This document shows, piece by piece, positions 1-9,973 of a stretch of DNA of 64,000 nucleotides. Positions within the stretch are counted from its first letter, which is position 1, and each line of letters starts with the position of its first letter. Made by a program: the position numbers and the translations under genes. Under the pieces are notes generated by a model. That model was not told where the DNA came from. It saw nothing but the letters and a program-made list of their open reading frames with translations, and ran no database searches. Source of the stretch: Spirochaetota bacterium (lineage in GTDB: Bacteria > Spirochaetota > UBA12135 > COTS27 > CBDBHE01); contig CBDBHE010000007.1 of NCBI GenBank assembly GCA_965205605.1, positions 384,001 to 448,000 of the forward strand, given 5' to 3'.

Positions 1-21
1 AGAGACATTTTAGAGACATTT
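1..21. repeat. Short tandem duplication AGAGACATTT(T) x2 (may extend beyond the window edge)
   Basis: agagacatttt agagacattt at the window start. Confidence 0.5.
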
Positions 22-106
22 GGCCTAATTGATGAGGGGATTTTATAAGCCGTCAAAGTAAGACAAAAATAGCATGTGAAGTCGAGGAAAAAGGTAAAGG
101 AGTGAC

Positions 107-937
107 TTAATGATTTCCTTTGGGTAGAATTTTTACCACGCGTTCTTTTATAATAGAGAGCACTTCATTTGGATTACGTTGCCACCAATTTTTATCAGAA
201 AATATTTCCACCTCGATATACCCCTTATAGCCGGCCTGCTCAACCATATGATAGATAGCTGAGATATCGATAATGCCGTCTCCCATCATTCCGCGATCAA
301 CTAAGAGGTCTTGAGTCTCCTTAAGCCAGTCGCAAATATGAAAGCCGAGGATTTTATTTTGAGCTCGTTTGATCTGGGAAGAGAGCTTGGGATCCCACCA
401 CACATGATAAACGTCAATGGCCACTCCAACTCCATCACCGAGTGTTTCGCACAAATCAAGGGCTTGAGACAAAGTGTTAACACAAGAGCGATCGGCTGCA
501 TACATGGGGTGTAGTGGTTCAATAGCCAGTGGGATATTGAGCGAACGAGAATAATCTAAGATTTTAGAAATTCCTTGTTCCACTTGTTGCCTGGCCAGGG
601 CAATATTTTTTGATTCAGGGGGCAAACTGCCGACGACAAGCACAAGACTTTGAGCCCCAATCGTCATAGCTTCATCAAGTGCTTTTTTATTTTCATCGAT
701 TGCTTTTTGAAGACTTTTTTTATCATTGGCGGGAAAAAAGCCTCCTCGGCAAAGAGCATTGACCACAAGGCCGCTATCATCGATTCTCTGTCTAATTTCT
801 TTAAGGGGTTTTTTAGCAATTTGATCTCGCCAAGGACAAATTGCTTTTATCCCATGACGCACGCAACCATCTATCATCTCGTTTATATCCCACTTCAAGC
901 GAACGGTTGCTGTATTTAAAGATAATTTTTCTAACAC
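107..937 (-). CDS. Sugar phosphate isomerase/epimerase family (xylose isomerase-like TIM barrel)
   Basis: Metal-ligand motifs AIEPLHP, IDVYHVWWD, FHICDW, DRGMMGDG, IEVEIFS; GTG start. Confidence 0.88.
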   Translation of the reverse strand: MLEKLSLNTATVRLKWDINEMIDGCVRHGIKAICPWRDQIAKKPLKEIRQRIDDSGLVVNALCRGGFFPANDKKSLQKAIDENKKALDEAMTIGAQSLVLVVGSLPPESKNIALARQQVEQGISKILDYSRSLNIPLAIEPLHPMYAADRSCVNTLSQALDLCETLGDGVGVAIDVYHVWWDPKLSSQIKRAQNKILGFHICDWLKETQDLLVDRGMMGDGIIDISAIYHMVEQAGYKGYIEVEIFSDKNWWQRNPNEVLSIIKERVVKILPKGNH

Positions 938-955
938 CCTGCCTTCTACATTCCC

Positions 956-2134
956 TTAAATAATCAATGATTCTTCAAAGCAGGTGGAAAGTAATTTGTT
1001 CATTCTCTCTAGGGCAAGCTCAGGCTTAACAAGCACTTTTGCTTGATCAGCAAGTCGAAATAATTGACAATAATGCGCAAAGGAACGAGCAGATTCAAGA
1101 CCTCCTAAAAGCTGACAATGGCTTTGAAATCCATTTAAATAAGCCATAAACACAACCCCTGCTTTATAATATTGAGTAGGGGACTTAAAGATATGTTTAG
1201 AAAGAGCTACGGTAGGGTTTAAGATTTCAAAATAACGCTTCTCATCACCTTGACTAAGAGCATCAAAAGCAGCACTAGCCGCTATAGCGATGGGATCAAA
1301 AATACCTAGAAGAGCATCGGAATAATGCTGGTCATCACCACCGATGAGCTCTGGATAATTAAAATCATCTCCCGTATAAAGCCTTACAGAGTGAGGGAGC
1401 CTCTTTCGAAACGATTTTTCACGCTTAGCGTCTAAGAGAGAAATTTTAATCCCGTCGATTTGTTTAACGTTTTCTTCAATAATTTCCAAGACGTTTTTTT
1501 CAGCCATATCAAGATCTTCTGTTGCCCAATACCCTTTTAAGCGAGCGTCAAAAACATCTCCTAGCCAATGGAGAATCGCTGGTTGCTCTAATGGATCTAA
1601 GATCGCTTTATAAACCTTTTTATAATCATCAAACAAAGTGGCTGTTTTGGCAAGGAGCGGACTGGCCATGATAATAACACGCCCACCTCTTTTTTCGATA
1701 AAATCACATTGTTCTCTGTAAGCACTAGTAATCGCATCGAGAGAATACTGTCTATTTGGATCAAGCTGATCGGTAGCCGCTCCACAGGCAATAAGGGCAT
1801 GTTTGCGTGATTTGGCCTCTGATAAACTCTTAGAAATGAGTTCTTTTGCTTGCTCATAGTGAAGCCCCATTCCCCTTTGGGCTGTGTCCATAGCTTCTGC
1901 CACCCCTAGGCCTAAATCCCACAGGTAATGGCGAAATTGAAGGGTTGTTTCCCAATCAATGGTGCTGTGCTCCCAGGGACTATCGTTAGCCAAAGGATTT
2001 TTTACGACATGGGCAGCGGCATAAACAATGCGGTTAAATTTTTTTTGAGGGAAATCTCCTTCAAATTTTAAAGAGGTGTTTTTTAAAGAATAAGAATAGA
2101 GAGACCCTTTTAGATCGATTAGTTTAATTTTCAT
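956..2134 (-). CDS. DUF993 / dihydrodipicolinate-synthase-like TIM barrel protein
   Basis: AAAHVV, GLGVAEAMDTAQRGMGL, ILHWLG, GIKISLLD, LYTGDDFNYPELI motifs; overlaps the upstream oxidoreductase by 11 nt. Confidence 0.85.
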   Translation of the reverse strand: MKIKLIDLKGSLYSYSLKNTSLKFEGDFPQKKFNRIVYAAAHVVKNPLANDSPWEHSTIDWETTLQFRHYLWDLGLGVAEAMDTAQRGMGLHYEQAKELISKSLSEAKSRKHALIACGAATDQLDPNRQYSLDAITSAYREQCDFIEKRGGRVIIMASPLLAKTATLFDDYKKVYKAILDPLEQPAILHWLGDVFDARLKGYWATEDLDMAEKNVLEIIEENVKQIDGIKISLLDAKREKSFRKRLPHSVRLYTGDDFNYPELIGGDDQHYSDALLGIFDPIAIAASAAFDALSQGDEKRYFEILNPTVALSKHIFKSPTQYYKAGVVFMAYLNGFQSHCQLLGGLESARSFAHYCQLFRLADQAKVLVKPELALERMNKLLSTCFEESLII

Positions 2135-3275
2135 GCTTGATCTCTTTGAGCTCGATGAGGCGTTTTTCTAAATCGCTTTTTTCAGCAGCGATGGCTAAAT
2201 GTAAGTTAGTGATTCCTTTATCAAGCCCATGGGCCCATGGGCTATTTTCCAAGACATGGCGTAAAAAAGATTTCCACTGCATTAAAAAACCATTTTCAAA
2301 TGCTTTATTAGCATCCACTTCTACCCAATCGGAATAAAATGGATGTTCTTGCTTGACGTCTGGATTCCAAATAAATCTGGGGGTTTTGCCTCTTGCTTGG
2401 TACCAACAGTTGCTTAAGCCTGCGACTGCTGAGCCTTTATCCCCATCTACTTGAAACGAAACTAGATCATCGCGCCTTACCCGAGTGCACCAATCTGAGT
2501 TGATTTGTACAACAGCTCCCGTAGCGAGCTCAACAATAGCGTAAGCAGCGTCATCGGCAGTGGCTGCGTAAGAAACATTTTTTTCGTCGACTCTTTCCTT
2601 AATGTGTGTTCGTTTACAACAATAGATAGATTTGATCTCTCCAAAAAGATTTTCCACCACATAATGCCAATGACACATCATATCAATAATAATTCCCCCA
2701 CCATCCTCTTTACGGTAATTCCAAGAAGGTCTTTGTGGTAAAATCCCATCTTTTCCTTCAAAGACCCAGTACCCAAAGTCAATACGAACACTTAGAATTG
2801 ATCCAATCTTTCCTGTTTTAATGAGCTTTTTAAGTTTTATCAAACCCGGCAGAAACAACTTGTCCTGCACAACCCCATGCTTGACTCCTTTTTCACGAGC
2901 AATCTCATAAAGCTTTTGAGCATGAAAGAGGTCATGAGCTAAAGGTTTTTCGCAATAAACATGTTTGCCTTGATCCATTGCTTTTTTTAAGGACTTAAAT
3001 CTAAATTGAGTCAAACTCGCATCAAAAAAAACATCGCTTTGCTCGATGGCTTTATCGATGTTTGTGGTGTACTCTTTGCAATTGAGCTCAGTCGCCAAAG
3101 CTTGCAACTTATCGCGATTTCTTCCCACTAAAATGGGAACAACGTTCACCTTGTCGCCATTTTGAAGACTAAATCCACCCTGTTTTTTAAGCTCTAATAT
3201 AGAACGAATCAAATGCTGATTTTTTCCCATTCTCCCTGTAATCCCATTCATTGCTACTTTAATTTCATTTTTCAT
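2124..3275 (-). CDS. Gfo/Idh/MocA family NAD(P)-dependent oxidoreductase
   Basis: NGITGRMG Rossmann loop, CEKP, GGGIIIDMMCHW (DxxxH). Start moved to ATG 3275, which has GGAG 8 nt upstream. Confidence 0.9.
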   Translation of the reverse strand: MKNEIKVAMNGITGRMGKNQHLIRSILELKKQGGFSLQNGDKVNVVPILVGRNRDKLQALATELNCKEYTTNIDKAIEQSDVFFDASLTQFRFKSLKKAMDQGKHVYCEKPLAHDLFHAQKLYEIAREKGVKHGVVQDKLFLPGLIKLKKLIKTGKIGSILSVRIDFGYWVFEGKDGILPQRPSWNYRKEDGGGIIIDMMCHWHYVVENLFGEIKSIYCCKRTHIKERVDEKNVSYAATADDAAYAIVELATGAVVQINSDWCTRVRRDDLVSFQVDGDKGSAVAGLSNCWYQARGKTPRFIWNPDVKQEHPFYSDWVEVDANKAFENGFLMQWKSFLRHVLENSPWAHGLDKGITNLHLAIAAEKSDLEKRLIELKEIKHEN

Positions 3276-3305
3276 ATCAAACACTCCATATACTCATCTA
3301 ATATT

Positions 3306-4604
3306 TTATTTCCCAAAAGCCATCTCAAGAAAAATCCCACCAGAACAAGCATAATAATCCTCATCAAGCAAAAATAGTCCCCGGTTTATTTTTGACCAAG
3401 GTTTAGAGGAAAAAGACAAATTTTCTCGCATCTTTTCCCAATCCGTATAATTTTGATGACCGTTTGTTTCTAAAAGTCCTACTCGAAGCCCTTTAAGAGG
3501 ATGTAATCTAGTGGCGATGTTTTTATTCCATTCGACGAGCAAAGGTGGCACGGTTAAATCAGCACAAAAGCATGGGACGCTTTTTTGATGAGCATAAGCG
3601 GCAATTTTAAACGTTTCGCTCATTGTTTTCGCCACCGGCTTAAGAGCAATGGCTTTATAACCAAGGTCGATGCGTTCTTTGACTTCTTGCAAAGAATGAG
3701 CACTTTCATCAGCGGCAATCTTTACTGGCAAGTCATTCACTTCAATTTTCATCGACTCAGGCCAAGGCTCCTCAATGAGTAAAATTTGTTCTAACATTCC
3801 AATGCTATCGCAATGCTCCAAAAGACGCTCTAAAGTTTCTTTGCTATCATAACAGCCATTAATATCGAGATAATAGGGGATTTTGCCATCATCAGTGTGC
3901 TCCGTTGTTCGGTTTTTAAAAAACGCATGAATTTCGCTAAGACGAGCCTTATCCCAGGTCAACATCGCCTCGACAGCCTCTCTTCCTTTTTTTTTATTGC
4001 CAGAACCTGCCGATAAATTCCCTATTTTTATTTTGGGAAAAAAAAATCCCCCGTCAATGAGCTCCTTAATTTCTTGCTGCTGATCTTTATAACTAATCGC
4101 AGGGACTGCAGCTACTTTTTTATGTCGATAGGAAAGAGCTGCTCGTGATCCTTTCGGAATCATTTCATCAAAAGTTTGCAAGTTATTATGCCGACAATAA
4201 AGGAGCCAAGCAGCATTGTCAATGCTGACTAAAGCATTTAAAACAAAGGTCTTTTTCAAATCTTTGTTTCCTGTTATCTTTTTTCCATAATCAAAAACCA
4301 ATGGAAATATTTCATCGAGAAGAGACATGGGTGTGTCAAACGTCCTCTCCTTAAAAAGCGATAAAGCATATTGAGTAAGGCTTAACATGAGGGCATTCCC
4401 CCCTGCCTGGCTATTAGAAAAAAAAACAGATGAATCAGACCACAAGACCGATTGGGTTCCCAAACCACAAGCGCTTTGAGTATCTGTTTGTAGTTTCGAA
4501 CACACTTCCCATTGCTCTGTAATGTATCCTCCTTTAAATCCAAAGGGCTTTAGAAATGATCGTCTGATAAAATCTAAAGTCCCTTCAGAAATTTTAAATG
4601 CCAT
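3306..4604 (-). CDS. Enolase superfamily protein (mandelate racemase/muconate lactonizing enzyme group)
   Basis: KxK (PKIKIG), metal ligands in YYLDING, IEEPW and AADES, Lys in ALKP. Confidence 0.8.
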   Translation of the reverse strand: MAFKISEGTLDFIRRSFLKPFGFKGGYITEQWEVCSKLQTDTQSACGLGTQSVLWSDSSVFFSNSQAGGNALMLSLTQYALSLFKERTFDTPMSLLDEIFPLVFDYGKKITGNKDLKKTFVLNALVSIDNAAWLLYCRHNNLQTFDEMIPKGSRAALSYRHKKVAAVPAISYKDQQQEIKELIDGGFFFPKIKIGNLSAGSGNKKKGREAVEAMLTWDKARLSEIHAFFKNRTTEHTDDGKIPYYLDINGCYDSKETLERLLEHCDSIGMLEQILLIEEPWPESMKIEVNDLPVKIAADESAHSLQEVKERIDLGYKAIALKPVAKTMSETFKIAAYAHQKSVPCFCADLTVPPLLVEWNKNIATRLHPLKGLRVGLLETNGHQNYTDWEKMRENLSFSSKPWSKINRGLFLLDEDYYACSGGIFLEMAFGK

Positions 4605-4631
4605 TAATTTATTTTTTATCTCAAGGGAGGA

Positions 4632-6317
4632 CTAACGTGTAGTACGTCTTTTCCTGATAAAATGGGTCACAATAACGCTAATAATGAGCACTAGAAAGAT
4701 AATCCTTCCTATAGGGACTGGCATTCCCTCTATCATTAGAGATTTATTCCAAGCTGTATGAGCGGCTGCTATGGCAGTTATCCCTAGCGATAGAGATAAC
4801 AAGATATTCCAAATTAAACGACTTTTCCCTTTAGGGATGTTGTCTTTTAAAACCTTTTTTGAATTCATTAAAAGAAAAAAAGCTAAAAAAGCAATGGGTA
4901 GTAACACGTACCCCAAGGCTGAAGTTGTTACTGCCAAATAAACTTTGGAAGTCCCATTCCATAAAAATGGCCAAAAAATCCCAAACCCTCCAAAAAGAGT
5001 CCCCAGCCGATGCTGCCAACCTCCGTGTTTAACGCCAAACGCCTCGCAAACAACATAACCCGATATGAGCATTAAAACAGATATGGTTGATAGTGCCATA
5101 CCAAGCACTCCCATCCCAAAAATAAAATTTGCAATCCCTCCGCCAACTAGAGGATTAAGAGCCCTAACCAAACGATTGTTATCGCGCTGAATAAGCATAG
5201 AAGCGAGAAATTGTTCTTCTTTGACAATAGGAACCTCTTTTAAACGACCTTCTTCGTGAGACATTCTTTTAGCAATGGCTCGGTTGTATGCCCGTATCTG
5301 CCCTTGATAACGCTGAGTTTCTTTTGTTAATTGATAATTCCCCTCTCTCGTTTCGACCAAAATCCCTTCATAAGGTTTGCCATGAAAAACACTCGCAGAC
5401 GAAATAACAATAAAAGAGGTGATGATCACAAAAGGAAACACCATCCCCACAAGAATATCAAAACCCGCTAACTGACGAAAAGACCTTCCCCATCCCTTTG
5501 CCAGTAAGGAAAAAGGAAGAAGAAATGTCATATTGATCCCCACAGCAGCAGAGGCACCTGCAATCATTCTCAGTCTCTGTGTTTCGAGTATCCATCCTCG
5601 CCAAAAATTTTTAACATCATTATTTTCTATGGTGTCAATAATTTGCTGATACGTTTCCACAGGTCTAAAATACAAAGTCACATCGGGTATAAATCCTTTA
5701 AAAACAGCCCCCCAATCAAGTCCTTTCTCACTTAAAGATAGTGCTAAAACAACACCTGTAAAACTCAAAACAATGACCCCTATCATGATTTTCAACATAA
5801 GCTCGTAGATTTTAATCCCAATTCCTTTCCTTCCATAAAAAGAAGTCACCCCAAAACAAATGGAAAAAACGACAATAGAGACAAAAAATTTATTAGAAAA
5901 AAAGCTCTCCTTTTCAAAAAACCCGGTTAAAATATTATCGCTTAAAGCAGAATACGCCAAACTAAACTGCGGTAATAACCAAATAATATTGGCCGCTAAA
6001 GAAGCAAGAAGCCATCCCCAAGCTAAAGCTGGATTGATATGAAGGTTAATGAGATGAAAAGGACTTTTTTCCGTGGAAAGAGTCACATAAGAAATCCCTA
6101 CCAGCATAGTCGCTCCTAACAACATCGAAAATAACTGTACCCACAGCATCGACGTCCCTCCAATTACCCCTAAGAAAAGAGAGCTAGCAAGTGAGCCTCC
6201 TCCTAAAGTAATCGCACTTTGCATCCATCCTGGGCCAGAAAGCCTGAGGTAAGCTTTGAAAGTAGCTAACCGTCCTTTTTTTTTTGCTCCTTCAAGAAGC
6301 TCTTGTTCTTTCATCAT
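4632..6317 (-). CDS. Nramp-related (APC/LeuT fold) membrane transporter
   Basis: About 11 hydrophobic segments; GPGWMQSAITLGGGS N-terminal motif and VGINMTFL; no DPGN metal motif. Confidence 0.75.
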   Translation of the reverse strand: MMKEQELLEGAKKKGRLATFKAYLRLSGPGWMQSAITLGGGSLASSLFLGVIGGTSMLWVQLFSMLLGATMLVGISYVTLSTEKSPFHLINLHINPALAWGWLLASLAANIIWLLPQFSLAYSALSDNILTGFFEKESFFSNKFFVSIVVFSICFGVTSFYGRKGIGIKIYELMLKIMIGVIVLSFTGVVLALSLSEKGLDWGAVFKGFIPDVTLYFRPVETYQQIIDTIENNDVKNFWRGWILETQRLRMIAGASAAVGINMTFLLPFSLLAKGWGRSFRQLAGFDILVGMVFPFVIITSFIVISSASVFHGKPYEGILVETREGNYQLTKETQRYQGQIRAYNRAIAKRMSHEEGRLKEVPIVKEEQFLASMLIQRDNNRLVRALNPLVGGGIANFIFGMGVLGMALSTISVLMLISGYVVCEAFGVKHGGWQHRLGTLFGGFGIFWPFLWNGTSKVYLAVTTSALGYVLLPIAFLAFFLLMNSKKVLKDNIPKGKSRLIWNILLSLSLGITAIAAAHTAWNKSLMIEGMPVPIGRIIFLVLIISVIVTHFIRKRRTTR

Positions 6318-6612
6318 TTTTTACCCTTCTTTAAAATAAAAATCTCTTATCTTTCCATCATTTTATAGCATAAGTATAACTTAAAATATTATTTTTTATA
6401 ATTCCTTCTTTAAAAAATATTTTTTTTTAAAAAAAATTAATCATTTATAAAAATTTTGGTCTGAAACAGCTTATTAGAAGTAATGGAAAGCATTTTATTA
6501 AGTGTCATCTTTACTAAAAAAATCCTAAAATTTTAAACGAAAAAATATGAAATCAGAACATATACTATAATACCCCTCTATTTATATTTGACAAATGCTT
6601 GCAATCCTGTTA

Positions 6613-6644
6613 TTGACCTCACCTATATGTAGGAAAATTAAACT
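6613..6644 (+). promoter_or_regulatory. Candidate sigma70 promoter with a long (20 bp) spacer containing a dyad (MerR-type layout)
   Basis: TTGACC-N20-TAAACT with CCTATATGTAGG near-palindrome in the spacer. Confidence 0.25.
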
Positions 6645-6831
6645 TTTTTCGTTTAACTACTTATCTTATAAATAAAATAATAAATCTCTCCAGCTGGATT
6701 AATAAATCCAAAGTTAAATACAATTTGGGAAATGTTTTAGCGAAAAAATATAAACAAAAAGCCCTTGAAGATTTAAAAAATACAGAAAGAGATCAATGTT
6801 CATTTTTAATTTCCCCACTTATTTTAATAGA

Positions 6832-6840
6832 TGTTATCAT
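6832..6840 (+). promoter_or_regulatory. Extended -10 element (TGnTATCAT) 6 nt before ATG 6847
   Basis: TGTTATCAT then tgtatt then ATG. Confidence 0.35.
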
Positions 6841-6846
6841 TGTATT

Positions 6847-7686
6847 ATGAAGTTCAATGATAAAATTCTAAAGATAAATATTTCACTTTTTGTAGTCTTT
6901 TTACTAATTGTTAGTCTAATTTTTCCTCAGAAAATTTACGGCGATATTTGGAATATTGCTCCCAATACGTATAAATTTTGGATTAATCAAAATACATCTT
7001 ACACCTCGTATGTTTTAAACGAAACAGGAGACCCTGTAAAAAGTGACTATTTAGACAATGGGTTTTTACAATATACCTCGTTTAGTTTTACATACAGCCC
7101 TACAAGTCAAATTCATGGGTCTATTTTTTTGCCTTTTGAAAAAAAAAAAGACGAAATAGGTCGCCCGATTCCAGACACCTTAGTGAATAGCTTCAATGAT
7201 TACAACCTGCCTCAAGTTTATTTTGATTTACATTATGGTCTTACTGATAATCTATACACCCAAGGACTTGGATTTTTTTATTATTTACCGCTTGAAAAAA
7301 TTGAAAGCAAAACTCATCATGCAGGGATTTCGTTTTCAACTTATTTGAATGTAAAAGAAATTAAGATGGTTTTTATTTCTAGTACTGCTTTAGCTGCTAG
7401 TTATGGATTTTTTAATGAATTTTCTAATGACTTCTTACGAGGAGGCTATGTTTTAGAAAAAATAGAAGTTTATCACGACATTACTTCATCTTTTCAAGGA
7501 CACTATCTTTTTGAAGGAGTGGCTTCTAATTGGTATTACTTTAAAATGGCTTTAGGGGCGTATATTCCTTTGGGGACTAACCGAAGTAAAATAGGCTTTC
7601 ATTACAATAAAATTTTTTTTGGGAAATGGGTCCTTCCATCAGATGGAATAGAAATTTCTTTAGATTATTACTTTACAGTACTTTAG
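6847..7686 (+). CDS. Hypothetical exported protein, probable outer-membrane beta-barrel
   Basis: Signal-peptide-like N-terminus from ATG 6847 (MKFNDKILKINISLFVVFLLIVSLIFP); aromatic/Gly-rich alternating strands; ends IEISLDYYFTVL. Confidence 0.6.
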   Translation: MKFNDKILKINISLFVVFLLIVSLIFPQKIYGDIWNIAPNTYKFWINQNTSYTSYVLNETGDPVKSDYLDNGFLQYTSFSFTYSPTSQIHGSIFLPFEKKKDEIGRPIPDTLVNSFNDYNLPQVYFDLHYGLTDNLYTQGLGFFYYLPLEKIESKTHHAGISFSTYLNVKEIKMVFISSTALAASYGFFNEFSNDFLRGGYVLEKIEVYHDITSSFQGHYLFEGVASNWYYFKMALGAYIPLGTNRSKIGFHYNKIFFGKWVLPSDGIEISLDYYFTVL

Positions 7687-7721
7687 AAATTTTTTTAATT
7701 TCAGTTTCCTTTTTCCACAAC

Positions 7722-7751
7722 TTTACAAAAAAAACCATCTCAAGCTATAAT
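7722..7751 (+). promoter_or_regulatory. Putative sigma70 promoter of hppA
   Basis: TTTACA-N18-TATAAT. Confidence 0.4.
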
Positions 7752-7830
7752 AGTGCTTAAACAAATCATACGACTTTAAATGAAAACTCTTTTTTAAAAG
7801 ATAAACAACAATAATCAAAGGAAAAAAATA

Positions 7831-9951
7831 ATGATCAATTTAATGGTAATCGTAGCTAGTTTTAGTTTACTCATTTCAATTTTTTATGCTTTTAAAGTAC
7901 TACGGATTCCGATAGGAAAAGAAATTGAAAAAAAAGAAAAAAAAAAGAAATTGTTGTTAATTCATAAGGCAATTGCCACAGGGGCGAGTACTTTTATTAC
8001 ACAACAAGCCAAGGCATTATTAATTTTTATTTTTTTCTTTGGGTTATTCATCTATTTTATGATTGACAACCCCAAAACGCTTAATATCCAAGAGGGATTA
8101 TTAACAGGGATTGCTTTTTTCTTTGGAGCTATCACATCGATGGGAAGTGGATTTATAGGGATGAAAATTGCCACAGCTGGAAATGCACGTACGGCAAGTG
8201 CAGCTAAAAAATCAATTCAAAAAGCCTTTCAAATTGCCATTCATTCAGGAGCTGTCATGGGTTTTGGTCTAGTGGGGCTGGCTATTTTGGGACTGTTATT
8301 AGTGTATGGATTATTAAAGTTTCTTTTACCTCCAGATGTCTCCACGCATCTTTTAATGGAACTTTTAGCTGGATTTGCCTTAGGGGGGTCTTCGATTGCT
8401 CTTTTTTCAAGAGTGGGGGGAGGAATCTTTACTAAAGCAGCTGATGTGGGGGCTGATTTAGTGGGAAAAGTAGAAAAAGGAATCCCTGAAGATGATCCTA
8501 GAAATCCAGCGGTGATTGCCGATAATGTTGGTGACAATGTAGGAGATGTTGCTGGAATGGGAGCAGATCTTTTTGGATCATGTGCTGAAAGTACCTGTGC
8601 TGCTTTAGTGATTGGCTCTAGTATGGCTTTGATTACAAACTCTCAAAGTGCTTTGTTTTACCCTGTCATGATTTCTGTTATTGGCATTCCTGTTGCCTTA
8701 ATAACAATGTTTTTTGCAAAAGCAAAAACAGAAAAAAAAATCTTTACTTCTTTAAAAAAGATGCTAATTTATTCAACCATTTTCATGGCTATTTGTATGT
8801 ATTTTGTAACAATCTATGCGTTTCCACAAGGGTCTTTTGATATTATAGAAGGGTTTCAAACAAATGCTTTTTCCATTTATCTTTGTCTTTTTACAGGGTT
8901 GTCATGTGGGCTTGCGATTGGACTATTAACAGAGTACTATACCTCTCATCATTACAAACCTGTTAAAGAAATTGCTGAAGCTTCAAAATCAGGTGCGGCG
9001 ACCAATATTATTTTTGGGATTTCTTTAGGTTATTATAGTGCCATTATTCCCATTATTTTAATTGCCATTAGTGTCGTAATCACCCATCAACTGGCCAATA
9101 TGTACGGAGTAGCCATTTGTGCCTTAGGAATGCTTGGGACTTTGATTATAGGCTTAACAATTGATGCTTATGGACCTGTAGCAGATAATGCAGGAGGGAT
9201 TGCTGAAATGAGTGGCCTTGAAAAAGAAACACGACAACGAACAGATATTTTAGATGCCGCCGGAAACACAACCGCTGCCATTGGAAAAGGTTTTGCTATT
9301 AGCTCTGCTATTGTTACTTCATTGGCTTTATTTGCTGCTTTTGTCACTCGCTGTGGCATTCAAATCGTTAATTTAATCGATCCTTATGTTTTAGCTGGAC
9401 TTTTTTTTGGAGCCCTGTTACCCTTTGCTTTTTCAGCAATGACGATGAAATCTGTTGGGAAAGCTGCTTATTCTATGATTGAAGAAGTAAGAGATCAGTT
9501 TAAGAAAAATCCAAATATTTTAAAGGGAACCGTTTTGCCTGATTACACTCGTTGTATTAAAATCTCTACTCAAGCAGCCTTAAGAGAAATGATAGCCCCT
9601 GCTTTAATGATTTTAATCATCCCTATTTTAATTGGCTTTCTTTTTGGAATTAAAATGTTGTGTGGTGTTTTAATCGCTTCTTTAGTTTCTGGTAGTATTT
9701 TAGCCATTGCCAAATCAAACTCAGGGGGAGCTTGGGATAATGCTAAAAAATACATCGAAAGTGGTCACTTGGGAGGAAAAGGCTCTGATGTTCATAAAGC
9801 TTCTGTCGTCGGTGACACACTCGGAGATCCTTTTAAAGATACCTCAGGCCCTTCTTTAAACATTCTATTAAAACTAATGGCTATCTTAAGTCTTGTTTTC
9901 GTGCCTTTTTTTACAAAATATGGGGGTTTTTTATTACCGTTTATTCAATAA
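7831..9951 (+). CDS. hppA: Membrane-bound pyrophosphatase, K+-dependent, probably H+-pumping
   Basis: [73 protein letters not shown]. Confidence 0.97.
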   Translation: MINLMVIVASFSLLISIFYAFKVLRIPIGKEIEKKEKKKKLLLIHKAIATGASTFITQQAKALLIFIFFFGLFIYFMIDNPKTLNIQEGLLTGIAFFFGAITSMGSGFIGMKIATAGNARTASAAKKSIQKAFQIAIHSGAVMGFGLVGLAILGLLLVYGLLKFLLPPDVSTHLLMELLAGFALGGSSIALFSRVGGGIFTKAADVGADLVGKVEKGIPEDDPRNPAVIADNVGDNVGDVAGMGADLFGSCAESTCAALVIGSSMALITNSQSALFYPVMISVIGIPVALITMFFAKAKTEKKIFTSLKKMLIYSTIFMAICMYFVTIYAFPQGSFDIIEGFQTNAFSIYLCLFTGLSCGLAIGLLTEYYTSHHYKPVKEIAEASKSGAATNIIFGISLGYYSAIIPIILIAISVVITHQLANMYGVAICALGMLGTLIIGLTIDAYGPVADNAGGIAEMSGLEKETRQRTDILDAAGNTTAAIGKGFAISSAIVTSLALFAAFVTRCGIQIVNLIDPYVLAGLFFGALLPFAFSAMTMKSVGKAAYSMIEEVRDQFKKNPNILKGTVLPDYTRCIKISTQAALREMIAPALMILIIPILIGFLFGIKMLCGVLIASLVSGSILAIAKSNSGGAWDNAKKYIESGHLGGKGSDVHKASVVGDTLGDPFKDTSGPSLNILLKLMAILSLVFVPFFTKYGGFLLPFIQ

Positions 9952-9973
9952 ACTTTTTTTTAAAACAATTGCA

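Noticed and set aside
6676-6850. Short frame reading ...KVKYNLGNVLAKKYKQKALEDLK, faintly TPR-like
   Set aside because: No proper start, under 60 codons, and the resemblance is too weak to call a pseudogene
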